From: Leptospiraceae bacterium
Lineage (GTDB): Bacteria; Spirochaetota; Leptospiria; Leptospirales; Leptonemataceae
Direction: 5' to 3'
DNA length: 64,000 nt
NCBI GenBank assembly: GCA_040217195.1
Contig: JAVJNR010000003.1
Location: 608,001 to 672,000, forward strand
Positions 10,657-19,470 of this stretch are shown here, piece by piece (the first letter of the stretch is position 1; each line of letters starts with the position of its first letter). The position numbers and the translations under genes are program-made. The notes beneath the pieces were generated by a model, which had not been told where the DNA came from, ran no database searches, and saw only the letters and a list, made by a program, of their open reading frames with translations.

Positions 10657-11669
10657 TGGATCTGGTTTTTGCCGGGCTGGGTCTGAAGGAATATCAGATA
10701 CATCTGGTGGATGCTTATCTGGAAGCTCACCGAGCAGCCGGCTTCTACTATCAGAAAGTAGATTCATTTGAACCAGCCCATGCAGCCTCAGGCTCCATCT
10801 GGATACCGGATCTTGGGAGACAAAGATTGGAAGAGCTACTGGACTGGGGGCTTCCAGTGCTCCTGTGCGCTGGAAGCAAATATCAGAGCCCGGAAATGTT
10901 GCAGGACCTCTATTCATCGGGCGCCGGTGCACTATTCTTTCCTGGTTGGGAAAGTTCTTTTTTATTCCCTGAACTTCCAGAAGCGGGCAAAGGATCGGCA
11001 ATGCTAATTATGGACGATCCTTTTCGCAGGTTATACCGTCAGACATTTCTTTTTTCAGGTTATACTCCTCGAACAGATCTAAACAGTGCCTCGGACATTT
11101 CATTGCTTCTGGATGGCATGCGAGAGGAATCCAGCATTATCGTAGTAGCAGACCTGGACTGCAAGAGAGTGGATACTCTTCTTCTGTGCCATGAACTGGA
11201 CACTTACTTGAAACGAAACCCATCCATGGCCTCCCGGCTGAGAATCCTGCTGCTTAAAGATTTCCATCGTCCGGGTCTTGATCCTTCATCCATGCGAACC
11301 TCGGTGCAGAGAATTGCACGAAGAATCTTTCATCCCATAGAGGGAGCTCTGGTTCTGGTGGAATCTCTGCTTCTTTATGGAATGCCGGATGATATCGCAT
11401 CGGCTCGGTTTAGAAACCTGGACACTTTCCTGTATGCAAACCGTATTCAATCCCTGCGTTCGGATCCGGACCGAATATTCAGAAATGCATCGGCAAGATT
11501 GAAATCATTCTCCCGGGCTTTGCCTTTCTTGTGGCTCTACGATCTATTCAGAAATCTTGCATCAACCGGGGCCATTACGCTTCAACCAGACGTTAATTCG
11601 GGCAATCTGCTCTATGGCATCCGGAGTCCAGGTTCCTCCGGGGAATCGTTCCAGAACCTGAACAAATAG
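10656..11669 (+). CDS. Hypothetical protein with a possible degenerate receiver (REC) domain
   Basis: Long ORF coupled to the acylase stop (TGATG); AMLIMDD...GY...IIVVADLD...DTLLLCHEL pattern. Confidence 0.5.
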   Translation: MDLVFAGLGLKEYQIHLVDAYLEAHRAAGFYYQKVDSFEPAHAASGSIWIPDLGRQRLEELLDWGLPVLLCAGSKYQSPEMLQDLYSSGAGALFFPGWESSFLFPELPEAGKGSAMLIMDDPFRRLYRQTFLFSGYTPRTDLNSASDISLLLDGMREESSIIVVADLDCKRVDTLLLCHELDTYLKRNPSMASRLRILLLKDFHRPGLDPSSMRTSVQRIARRIFHPIEGALVLVESLLLYGMPDDIASARFRNLDTFLYANRIQSLRSDPDRIFRNASARLKSFSRALPFLWLYDLFRNLASTGAITLQPDVNSGNLLYGIRSPGSSGESFQNLNK

Positions 11670-12239
11670 TCCTCGGGCTTCCTCCAGCCTCTGTCGGAAA
11701 CCCTCCGGTTCAGCCCCGGGCTCACTCACTGTCTGTCCCTGCAGGTTCTTTCTTTTCTCGAAATACTCCAGGACAGCTTCAGAATATAAAAACAGGGCCT
11801 TTCGGTACAGGCTGTATCCATCCTGGCCCACGGCAGCGGATTTTCCATTCTCGGGTTCGGATGAATTGTTTCCGCTGTAGTTCTTTACATCGGAAGCGTA
11901 ATCATTATAAACACCTTTCGAGACGCTGCCCCGCTCCAGCCGAATCAACAGTGTCTTTCGCGCTTCAATTAGAGCATCTACAGATAATTGGTGGGCCGGG
12001 GTCAGTTTGGAACTCAGTTTTCCCGGGTTTTCGGCTGGTCGGGCTGACTGGCCGAACTGAGTCGAACTGCTCGCATCGGACTGAGTTGCAATGGGTTGGT
12101 CAGAAGACTCCTTCCCGGCCCGGGTATCTGGATGGATTTCAAATAGCCTTCTATGAAATGCTCGCTGTAGCCTCTGTCGGTCCAGGGCTCCATCCATGGA
12201 CTCCAGGCCCAGAATTCTGCGTGCCTCTGCCGGTTCCAC
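11562..12239 (-). CDS. J-domain (DnaJ-like) protein with C-terminal helical/TPR-like segment
   Basis: EARRILGL...LQRAFHRRLFEIHPD (HPD motif); C-terminal FVQVLERFPGGTWTPDA. Confidence 0.7.
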   Translation of the reverse strand: MEPAEARRILGLESMDGALDRQRLQRAFHRRLFEIHPDTRAGKESSDQPIATQSDASSSTQFGQSARPAENPGKLSSKLTPAHQLSVDALIEARKTLLIRLERGSVSKGVYNDYASDVKNYSGNNSSEPENGKSAAVGQDGYSLYRKALFLYSEAVLEYFEKRKNLQGQTVSEPGAEPEGFRQRLEEARGLFVQVLERFPGGTWTPDAIEQIARINVWLKRNGPG

Positions 12240-12292
12240 CGCCCCATAGAAATACCTGACGGAAAAGCAGTACAGCCTTTTTCTGGCAGTGT

Positions 12293-13360
12293 ATGGCCAA
12301 CCTGGAAAGCAGAATCATCCGCAGTCTGAATCCGGATTCCAGCGCCAATGATTGCGCATTGATAGAACATGGAGGCCAGGCCTACCTGTATACAACCGAC
12401 AGCCTGGCCGAAGGAACCCACTTTCGTCTGGACTGGTCCCATCCCGAAGACATAGCTTTTAAACTTCTACATGTTAACCTTTCTGACCTTCTGGCTGCAG
12501 GAGGAGAACCAGAATTCTGTTTGCTAAACCTGGGATTACCTGAATATACGGATGAGAGCTTCATTCAGAGATTCGCATCCTACTTTCGTGGACTGCTTCA
12601 GGAATATGGATGTTCTCTGGTAGGTGGTGATACCTTTCGCAGCAACGGATACCTTTTTTCCCTGACCCTCAGCGGTCCGGCTCTTTATCCCAGATTCAGA
12701 ACTGCATCCACAAACGATGGACTGTACCTCTCCGGAACTGTAGGCCTCAGTCGATGGGGCTATGAAATCTTGCAGGATGAAGGAAGAAGCGAAAGCCTAT
12801 CCGATTTTATTGTTAGCCGGCATTCCGTTGAAAGCGGTAACGAAACCTTATCTGATTTCGCAGTTTCCAGACCATCCCCTGGGCGGGGTAACGAAAACGA
12901 TGATAGAGCCCATGGCAGCGCAAATCTAGACGAAACTGGATTATCCAACCTGGTTCGTGAAAACGCTATATGGAAGCATCTGCGTCCTATGGCCAACATA
13001 GAAGCAGCCAGGCAGTTGAATGCAATGCAGAGTCAGTCATTTCCCGTTAGCGGTAGTATGGATTTAAGCGATGGCCTGTTTGCCGATTGTCAAAGATTTG
13101 CGGAAAGCTCCGGCCTGAACCTGGAAATAGATTTGAACCAGGTACCCCTGCCGAGCTCCATTCAGTCCAGGGGGCCACAGTACGCAGCCTCCTCAGGAGA
13201 AGAGCTAGAATTACTTGTGGCCAGCTCGGCCGAGCTACCAGCCGGATTCGCACGAATCGGTACTTTCGGAACCGAATCAAAAAGTCCCAGAGCTGTTTTC
13301 AAATTGGATGGAAAGGTAGTAGGATCAGAGCCCGGATTCGAGCATTTCAAGGAAATCTGA
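12293..13360 (+). CDS. thiL: Thiamine-monophosphate kinase
   Basis: DCA, TTDSLAEGTHF, VNLSDLLAAGGEP, LVGGDT, MDLSDGL, SGEELEL. Confidence 0.9.
   Translation: MANLESRIIRSLNPDSSANDCALIEHGGQAYLYTTDSLAEGTHFRLDWSHPEDIAFKLLHVNLSDLLAAGGEPEFCLLNLGLPEYTDESFIQRFASYFRGLLQEYGCSLVGGDTFRSNGYLFSLTLSGPALYPRFRTASTNDGLYLSGTVGLSRWGYEILQDEGRSESLSDFIVSRHSVESGNETLSDFAVSRPSPGRGNENDDRAHGSANLDETGLSNLVRENAIWKHLRPMANIEAARQLNAMQSQSFPVSGSMDLSDGLFADCQRFAESSGLNLEIDLNQVPLPSSIQSRGPQYAASSGEELELLVASSAELPAGFARIGTFGTESKSPRAVFKLDGKVVGSEPGFEHFKEI
12791..12897 (+). repeat. Imperfect 51-bp in-frame tandem duplication inside thiL
   Basis: Encodes ESLSDFIVSRHSVESGN / ETLSDFAVSRPSPGRGN / EN. Confidence 0.65.
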
Positions 13361-13449
13361 GTCCAGGATTTGCCACTTCTGAAGCCTGAATCATCTGATT
13401 TGTTCGGGGTAGGGTATTCGGCCTGGATTTACCGAAAAGGTAAGGCAGA

Positions 13450-13779
13450 TTATTGATCGTAGAATTGCTCCAGATGGGATTGTAATATGGCCAGGTCATC
13501 CTGATGGACGGCGGTAAACTTTAGCGCTGCAAATATCTTGCCATCCTCTTCCCAGGACCGCACTACCCGGCCCGTTGCATGAATGGTCCCTTCCAGTTCT
13601 GGGAAAGAAAAAGTTAGCGAAAGAGGCGTGCCCTTCTCCATGGCCGCCTCAGTTTCCAGGCTCACTCCCCCCAGACCAATATCCCGGGTCATGCCTGTAT
13701 GAGGCTGTTCCTCTTTCAAAGTTCGGTATTCAATACGGAAGACCAGATCCGCCCTGGGAAACTTGCGCTTTTCTTCCAT
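13450..13779 (-). CDS. Stand-alone PilZ-domain protein
   Basis: MEEKRKFPR (RxxxR) and DIGLGG (D/NxSxxG-like). Start taken as the ATG at 13779, not the track's 14262. Confidence 0.85.
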   Translation of the reverse strand: MEEKRKFPRADLVFRIEYRTLKEEQPHTGMTRDIGLGGVSLETEAAMEKGTPLSLTFSFPELEGTIHATGRVVRSWEEDGKIFAALKFTAVHQDDLAILQSHLEQFYDQ

Positions 13780-13857
13780 GATCCATTTAGTGTCGCAGCC
13801 CCGGATTCGGCAAGAGTTTTGATTGCAACCACAGGTATGAATGATTAATTTCTCCCC

Positions 13858-14352
13858 GTGGCGGCAACTGCAGATATTCACCGTGAACTTACCAATTTTT
13901 CGAACTTCCTGAAGAAGCGAAATCTGAAGATTACCAATCAGCGACTTCTTGTGGCAGAAAAGGTTTTTGAACTGGGCACTCACTTCACCGTGGATTCCCT
14001 GGCGGATGCCCTGAAGGACCGGAAAGGGGAGATTTCTCGCGCCACTATCTATCGAATTGTTTCTTTGATGGTGGAATCCGGTCAGCTCACAGAGCATAAC
14101 TTTGGGCAATCCGTAAAGTACTACGAGTATATCCCCGCCCGGGAACACCATGACCACCTGGTTTGTGTGGATTGCGGGCGCATTGAAGAATTTGTTGTGC
14201 CAGAAATCGAAAAGATTCAGCTGGAAATAGCAAACAAGAATCACTTCGACCTGGAAGACCACTCTCTGAATCTATATGGCAAATGTAAATTCCTCAAAGA
14301 AGAAGGGCAATGCGAAAGGCGCAAAGAAGAAGCAGCAGACACCCTCAAATAG
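13858..14352 (+). CDS. fur: Fur family transcriptional regulator
   Basis: LKITNQR, ISRATIYR, HHDHLVCVDCG, LYGKC. Confidence 0.9.
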   Translation: MAATADIHRELTNFSNFLKKRNLKITNQRLLVAEKVFELGTHFTVDSLADALKDRKGEISRATIYRIVSLMVESGQLTEHNFGQSVKYYEYIPAREHHDHLVCVDCGRIEEFVVPEIEKIQLEIANKNHFDLEDHSLNLYGKCKFLKEEGQCERRKEEAADTLK

Positions 14353-16510
14353 ACCGGTAAACCCTCCTGCTGAAAGCAAGAAATCGGCAGGCAAAAAGAA
14401 GTCAGCCGGTAGCCCTGCGAAAGCTACAAAGCCGGGAAACCAGTTTAAAAAAAAATCCGTCAGTAAGAAGTCCAGAGGATCTACGGCGGCCACAAAATCA
14501 AAGTCCAGGCTGGCCGGACCCACCGAAGATATTCGTCAAAGAATGTCCGAGCTTGCATCTAAATTACGATATCATCAGCACAAGTATTACGTCGAAAACA
14601 GGCCTGAAATAAGCGATAAGAAGTTCGATGAGATGCTCAGAGAACTTCAGAGCCTGGAGTTCGAATATCCTCTTTTTAAAGAGCCTGATTCGCCCACAGA
14701 TCTAATCGGTTCCGACCTGGAAGCAGGATTTGAAAAGTTTGAGCATACGGTACCAATCCTCTCGCTTTCGAATACCTATTCCACCGAGGAAGCATTGACC
14801 TGGGCATCCAGAACCATAAAATCCGAAGAAAAAATCAATCTACAATGGAAGGTAGATGGTGCCACTCTGGTGCTCTATTACCAAAAAGGTAAGCTTATAA
14901 GGGCCGTTACTCGAGGAACCGGACAACTGGGCGACGTAGTGACAGCCAATGCAAGGACCATCCGCAGCATTCCCGGCTCTTTAAAAGAACCTGTAGATCT
15001 GGTGGCCCGGGGTGAAGTCTATATGACTTTCGCCGAATTTGAAAAGTTTAATGAAGAAGCAGAAGGTATCTATGCCAATCCTCGTAATCTGGCTGCCGGA
15101 TCTCTAAAGCATAAAAAGTCCCGGGAAACGGCGCGAAGGCCTCTGCGATGGGTGGCATTCGATCTTCATCTTCAATCCAATCCGGAGAAATTCCAGTCCG
15201 ACTCCGAGCTGCTGGCGTATGCCAGCTCCCTGGGATTGCCTGTATTTAAAGACAATCAGCTGGTCACTTTCAAAAACGCAGAGGCGCTAGAGACAGCCAT
15301 TGAAGGATTCGAAAGAAAACGCGAACAAGTTCCCTTTCCTGTGGATGGTCTGGTACTCAAACTGGATGACCGATTTCGCAGATTGGATCTGGGATTTACG
15401 GCAGCAGTACCTCGTTGGGCCACCTCCCTCAAGTTTGAACCAGATCTTGCCCAGACTGAAGTGGAAGAAATCGAAGTGTTTGTGGGCCGCACAGGCAGAA
15501 TTACTCCCAGGGCCAGACTGAAACCAGTGAAGCTTGCCGGTACAACGGTTACCTATGCCACCCTGCACAATGCAGACTTCATTGAGAGGCTTGGAGTTCG
15601 AGTAGGATCCACTGTAAAAGTCAGTAAGAGAGGCGAAATCATTCCTGCTGTGGAAGAGGTGGTGGATCCAGGTCCCGGAAAACCTTTCGTATTTCCATCC
15701 AGCTGTCCATCCTGCGACTCGAAGCTGGAACGACCTGATGATATGGTCGACTGGCTTTGTCTCAACCCATCCTGCCCGGAAAAAGAGATCAACTCCTTAA
15801 TCTTTTTCTGCCAGAGAAAGCAAATGGATATTGCAGGTCTGGGAGAGAAGACCATCAGGCTTCTCTACGAAAAGGGTTTCTTGCGAAAGATTGAAGATAT
15901 TTACCATCTCCAGGAAAAGAGCGACCAATTGGGTGAGCTAGAAGGCCTGGGTAAGAAGAGTGTTCAGATCATTCTGGATGGTATAGAGAATTCGCGAAAG
16001 AAGCCATTTCGCACAGTGATGGCTTCCCTCGGGATGAAGGAAATCGGCCCCTTTATTACTGATGTTCTGATCCAGAACGGTTTCTCTTCTCTGGACAGCT
16101 GGCTCAAGCTGGTCGATGGGAAGAAGGCCCATGAAACTCTGGATGATATGGATGGCATCGGACCGGATACGGCCACAGTCATTATTGAGCAATTAACGAA
16201 AGATGAAAATCGAAGGCGACTGAAGGAATTATCCGCGGCCAGCCTTCAAATGCAAGAGGAACAAAAACAGTCCAATCTGGAGCAGACTATGGAAGGCCAG
16301 ATCTGGTGCGTAACCGGCAGTTTCGCTAACTTTCGTCCCAGGGACCTGGCCATGGATGAGATACGCAACAGAGGTGGACGAATTACTGGCTCGGTGAGCA
16401 ATAAGACTACTCATTTACTGGCCGGAGCCGAAGCAGGCTCCAAACTGGAAAAAGCTCAGAAACTGGGCGTTGAAGTAATCAACGAAGAACAGTTCATGCA
16501 GATGCTTTGA
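14276..16510 (+). CDS. ligA: NAD-dependent DNA ligase (start uncertain; Lys-rich N-terminal extension)
   Basis: Adenylation site KVDG, TRG, ANPRNLAAGSL, VGRTG, zinc finger CPSC...CLNPSC, and BRCT with GSKLEKA. Confidence 0.95.
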   Translation: MANVNSSKKKGNAKGAKKKQQTPSNRPVNPPAESKKSAGKKKSAGSPAKATKPGNQFKKKSVSKKSRGSTAATKSKSRLAGPTEDIRQRMSELASKLRYHQHKYYVENRPEISDKKFDEMLRELQSLEFEYPLFKEPDSPTDLIGSDLEAGFEKFEHTVPILSLSNTYSTEEALTWASRTIKSEEKINLQWKVDGATLVLYYQKGKLIRAVTRGTGQLGDVVTANARTIRSIPGSLKEPVDLVARGEVYMTFAEFEKFNEEAEGIYANPRNLAAGSLKHKKSRETARRPLRWVAFDLHLQSNPEKFQSDSELLAYASSLGLPVFKDNQLVTFKNAEALETAIEGFERKREQVPFPVDGLVLKLDDRFRRLDLGFTAAVPRWATSLKFEPDLAQTEVEEIEVFVGRTGRITPRARLKPVKLAGTTVTYATLHNADFIERLGVRVGSTVKVSKRGEIIPAVEEVVDPGPGKPFVFPSSCPSCDSKLERPDDMVDWLCLNPSCPEKEINSLIFFCQRKQMDIAGLGEKTIRLLYEKGFLRKIEDIYHLQEKSDQLGELEGLGKKSVQIILDGIENSRKKPFRTVMASLGMKEIGPFITDVLIQNGFSSLDSWLKLVDGKKAHETLDDMDGIGPDTATVIIEQLTKDENRRRLKELSAASLQMQEEQKQSNLEQTMEGQIWCVTGSFANFRPRDLAMDEIRNRGGRITGSVSNKTTHLLAGAEAGSKLEKAQKLGVEVINEEQFMQML

Positions 16511-16665
16511 GCTTCCTCGATTCTTCTTGATATCGCGATGTGAAATCCGATTTAAGATCCGATTTTTGAAATCTGAAATTGGCTCTCCCTATGTCTAAAT
16601 TGGAAAATGATGCCGCTCCTTCCCGGATAAACAATTCCATTGTTGAGATCCTTTCGGGAACAAAT

Positions 16666-18036
16666 CTACTTCGCTGGCTGGATCCTATCCTTATCATGAA
16701 AAAGTCGCTGTCCCACCAGGGTAGCCAGCAATGCGGCAACGCTAGAAGCAAGAGCGATATAAGTCCAGTGTATACCCAGAAGATTCAGTGCAAGGGTGGT
16801 AAGAAATCCGGCCGGAATGGCCATAATCATGCTACCGAGTGATAACGGCCGCTTCCAGAACACAAAATAAGTAAAGATACCGATCAGTCCTCCATTGACG
16901 TAATTCATGGAACCGAGGGCCAGGGCCAGTAAATTGTCCGCCTTCTTTTCGAAGTAAATAAAGGAAAGTGCTGCCCCGGTTAGAAGCACAAGCGAAAGAA
17001 GAGAAAACCATCGTCCAGATCGACTGGACATGAGCATGGATTTCCATACAGCTCCTGTAGAGTGAATTGCACTATCCAGAGTGGACATGGAAGCGGCGGC
17101 CACGAGCACTGCAAACATTCCAGACAAAATGGGATTTGCAGATTGTTTCACAAATGCCACCAGTTGCCCTTTGTCTCCCAATCCGGGATCATGAGCCCAG
17201 AGAAATGAACCCACAGCCACGAAAGTCATTATTACAACTGTAGCCCCTGCACCGCTCCAGGCCAGAGATCGCCTGGCCAGAGTTAAGTTTTTTACTGCTA
17301 GAATACGCTGAAGTAAATCTTGATCCGCTCCATGGCTGCCAATCGATACAACAGCCCCGCCAACAAAAAGTGGGATTGTGTGCGCCCCATCTTTCCAGTC
17401 CAACTTAAAGGAAAACAAAGAAGATGCAACCGTGTCCGAGAAAAATTCCGGGGATGGCCAGAGTAGACCCATCAGTACAAGTCCGGTAAAGAAAAGAATT
17501 AAACCCTGCAACTGATCGGTAACTACAACAGCCCGAAGACCTCCTGTGAGACTGTATACACCAGCTACAAGCGCTGTTAGAACAATCCAGAATGCCACAG
17601 CTCCGCCGAACAATTCAGCCAGGGCCAGGCCTCCCATAAAGAACCTCACCCCGCTGGAAATATACTTCGCGGCCAGATAGGAAATCTCCAAAAATACCCT
17701 GGAACCTGTATCCGATCCCACAGCCCTGTAGATCGAGGAGTCTGTCATTTCGTAAATGGACTTTAGATAATAGCGAGCAACAAAAAGCCGACCGGCAATG
17801 TATCCAAGGCACAATGCAAGTAGGTTCCATCGACCGGCATATCCAGCGGCCGGAAAGATCAGCACCGTTGCAACGGAGGTTTCCGTGGCCACTACGGAAA
17901 GAAAGGATGCACGAAAGCCCAGGCTTCGGCCTGCCAGAAAATAGGATTCATCGGATCCGCTTTCCTTTTTCAATAGGAACGGTACCAGAAATACAATTAT
18001 TAGATAAAGGATTAGTGGGAGGTAGACTGGGTCCAT
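16666..18036 (-). CDS. Sodium:solute symporter family protein
   Basis: YFLAGRSL, SVVATETS, GGLRAVVVTDQLQ, DQDLLQR, AASMSTLDS; many TM helices. Confidence 0.9.
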   Translation of the reverse strand: MDPVYLPLILYLIIVFLVPFLLKKESGSDESYFLAGRSLGFRASFLSVVATETSVATVLIFPAAGYAGRWNLLALCLGYIAGRLFVARYYLKSIYEMTDSSIYRAVGSDTGSRVFLEISYLAAKYISSGVRFFMGGLALAELFGGAVAFWIVLTALVAGVYSLTGGLRAVVVTDQLQGLILFFTGLVLMGLLWPSPEFFSDTVASSLFSFKLDWKDGAHTIPLFVGGAVVSIGSHGADQDLLQRILAVKNLTLARRSLAWSGAGATVVIMTFVAVGSFLWAHDPGLGDKGQLVAFVKQSANPILSGMFAVLVAAASMSTLDSAIHSTGAVWKSMLMSSRSGRWFSLLSLVLLTGAALSFIYFEKKADNLLALALGSMNYVNGGLIGIFTYFVFWKRPLSLGSMIMAIPAGFLTTLALNLLGIHWTYIALASSVAALLATLVGQRLFHDKDRIQPAK

Positions 18037-18090
18037 AAAAACCGGATTGATTGTAGATCGGACCTCAGCAGTGTTGCACTGAGCCCCGGA

Positions 18091-19470
18091 ATGAGTTCAA
18101 GAAACCTCCAATTACCGCCCAGGTTTAAAAAAAGCAGCCTCTTTTTTAAGATTCTTTCTATAATCATACTGATTCTGGGCATGGGGTATTTCTATGATTT
18201 CCAGAAAGGTCATCGCCGGTATGCTCAAAATTCAGAGCAGCTCGATTTTCCTGCCTATTACCTGGCCCATAAGATGACCCTGGACCGCCAGAATGTTTAT
18301 TCATTGCCTGAAATCCGAAAAGCTGCAGCCAATCATGGAATTGAATTCAAGATATTCCGCGCAAATCTGTACAGCCCACCGTTTTATCTGTTCATGATTC
18401 CTCTGCCGGAAGTGAGTATGCAGCGGGCACAGAGTGTCTTTGTTTCCATTAAAGCATTCTTAATGACAGCAATAGTCGTATCGATGGCTCTGTACCTGCT
18501 GGGAATGGACCGGTATCGCAAGTTGCCGAACCGGAAGTACTGGGTTTTTCTTTTGACTGGAGTTGGCCTGGCTATACTGCCCACATTGAATCCTCTGGAA
18601 TCTGACTTCAAGGATGGACAGATAAACGTTCTGACATTGGCCACCCTGGTGGTAGCACTTTATACAGAGCGAAAGTATCCGATTGCTTCGGGCCTGGCTT
18701 TGACCATGGGGGCCGTGATCAAGTTATCGCCTCTGTATCTGGGTCTAAAATTAATTCTGGAAAAACGATGGAAGCTTATCGCATCTCTAATTGGCTCCCT
18801 ACTGATTCTTGGTCTGGCCAGTATTGCATATTTTTCCTGGGAGCCGATTCGGTATTACATCCAGGAAGTCCTATTTGGCTTTCTACTTACGGATAAGATT
18901 CCCATGCTGGACTGGCCAGTAAGTCATCCACTGAATCAATCATTCAAGAGTCTATACTCCAGACTTTTTATCTCCAATTTCGCTGTGGAGCCGGCGGGCA
19001 CAGAAGTGCTTTATTACAGCCCACTGCTTGGAAAGGCCCTAACATTCCTTACCAATGCTGGCTGGATTGCATCCTGTATCATGCTCACCCGGTACGTTCG
19101 AAGTATGGTGGAAGATAGATGGAAAAGCAGCCTCCACTTTTCCTACTACGTGGCTGTGATGACCATGGTTTCGCCGCTTACCTGGTATCACCATCAGGTA
19201 GTGCTGATTCTGCCTTTGCTTGTTCTGTTATTTTATGGAATTCTGCATATCCGGGATTCTTATCTTGTGCTGGGCGGTGTGTTAATTGCAGCCTGGTTGT
19301 TCTACTTTCCGCCATTTTATATCTATACGGATTTCCTGGAGAAATGGAATACCATACTCTATAGAGGCTTCTCCGCATTCTATTACATCAAATTGCTGGC
19401 CAATATCATTCTGGCCTTGCTTATTTTTATTGTAATAAAGAAGGAGAAAAATCGCCCCATTGAAGTTTAA
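18091..19470 (+). CDS. GT87/DUF2029-like GT-C membrane glycosyltransferase
   Basis: DFPAYY, YSPPF, GQIN, IKLSP, NQS and SPLTWYHH motifs; multi-TM. Confidence 0.8.
   Translation: MSSRNLQLPPRFKKSSLFFKILSIIILILGMGYFYDFQKGHRRYAQNSEQLDFPAYYLAHKMTLDRQNVYSLPEIRKAAANHGIEFKIFRANLYSPPFYLFMIPLPEVSMQRAQSVFVSIKAFLMTAIVVSMALYLLGMDRYRKLPNRKYWVFLLTGVGLAILPTLNPLESDFKDGQINVLTLATLVVALYTERKYPIASGLALTMGAVIKLSPLYLGLKLILEKRWKLIASLIGSLLILGLASIAYFSWEPIRYYIQEVLFGFLLTDKIPMLDWPVSHPLNQSFKSLYSRLFISNFAVEPAGTEVLYYSPLLGKALTFLTNAGWIASCIMLTRYVRSMVEDRWKSSLHFSYYVAVMTMVSPLTWYHHQVVLILPLLVLLFYGILHIRDSYLVLGGVLIAAWLFYFPPFYIYTDFLEKWNTILYRGFSAFYYIKLLANIILALLIFIVIKKEKNRPIEV

Noticed and set aside
13836..13856. Fur box upstream of fur (ATGAATGATTAATTTCTC)
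   Set aside because: Only a partial match with poor dyad symmetry; it cannot be distinguished from AT-rich promoter sequence.
13780..14262. N-terminal 161 aa of the 270-aa ORF in the track
   Set aside because: It is mostly the antisense shadow of fur; the PilZ domain starts at the ATG at 13779.
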